Positions 63,630-64,000 of a DNA stretch of 64,000 nucleotides are shown here, in pieces. The DNA is taken from NCBI RefSeq assembly GCF_030028105.1, contig NC_092391.1:8591223-8655222 (forward strand). Direction: 5' to 3'. Below the pieces are notes generated by a model that was given only the letters and a program-made list of their open reading frames with translations, searched no databases and was not told the origin of the DNA. This DNA is from Mobula birostris. Taxonomy: Eukaryota. How positions within the stretch are numbered: the first letter of the stretch is position 1; every line of letters starts with the position of its first letter. Both the position numbers and the translations under genes were made by a program.

Positions 63630-64000
63630 TTATAATTCATCTTTCTCAGCCTCCTCCTCTTCTGGAGGGGCACCGCCTGCACTTCCATATAGCTTACTGA
63701 CAATCGGCTGAACGATCTCTTCAAGCTCCTTCTTCTTGGCTTTGAAATCTTCTATGTCAGAATCTTGGTGACTTTCTAGCCATTCAATCTTCTCTTCCAC
63801 TGCTTTCTCTATGGTCTCTTTGTCTTCTGAGGACAGCTTGCCACCAAGTTTTTCCTTATCACCAATCTGGTTCTTCAGAGAGTAAGCATAGCTCTCTAGG
63901 TCATTCCTGGCATCGATACGCTCTTTAAGTTTCTGATCCTCTTCTGCAAATTTCTCTGCATCATTCACCATCCTCTCAATTTCTTCAGGGGTCAGGCGGT
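63630..64000 (-). CDS. HSPA5: ER chaperone BiP/GRP78, last exon (partial; continues beyond the window)
   Basis: [21 protein letters not shown]...[24 protein letters not shown]...EKDEL*. KDEL ER-retrieval signal; PPP6C-RABEPK-HSPA5 synteny. Confidence 0.98.
   Translation of the reverse strand, partial: RLTPEEIERMVNDAEKFAEEDQKLKERIDARNDLESYAYSLKNQIGDKEKLGGKLSSEDKETIEKAVEEKIEWLESHQDSDIEDFKAKKKELEEIVQPIVSKLYGSAGGAPPEEEEAEKDEL

Overview
This is eukaryotic vertebrate DNA. The repeat families (HE1/V-type tRNA SINEs, CR1/HER1-like LINEs, Rex1/Babar, Penelope, R2-Hero) point to a cartilaginous fish, probably a ray; that assignment is inference. The window holds the conserved syntenic block PPP6C (minus strand, 7 coding exons, 305 aa, 29140-45017), RABEPK (plus strand, 1 non-coding + 7 coding exons, 375 aa, CDS 48500-60914) and HSPA5/BiP (minus strand, 3' end only, KDEL terminus). 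A CpG-island promoter and first exon of an unidentified leftward gene lie at ~3.4-4.15 kb. All PPP6C and RABEPK exon boundaries were resolved with GT-AG junctions and consistent phases. Most remaining sequence is transposon-derived and often nested. The most unusual signals are at the RNA level. (i) The 3' UTR of an R2-Hero retrotransposon fragment (42741-42804, minus) contains all conserved hammerhead-ribozyme core nucleotides and three helices, but in a rearranged, non-circularly permuted order. (ii) Penelope termini carry minimal type I hammerheads, with an intact core at 39835-39872 and 55098-55135 and about ten decayed copies. The Hero motif and the 39835 Penelope motif both lie in sense orientation in PPP6C intron 1. 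Also noted: ERSE-II and UPRE motifs in the left promoter, a compact PPP6C/RABEPK bidirectional promoter with a strong-Kozak 3-codon uORF, a near full-length CR1, and a TIR element with a 6-bp target-site duplication (TSD). No CRISPR or prokaryotic systems are present.
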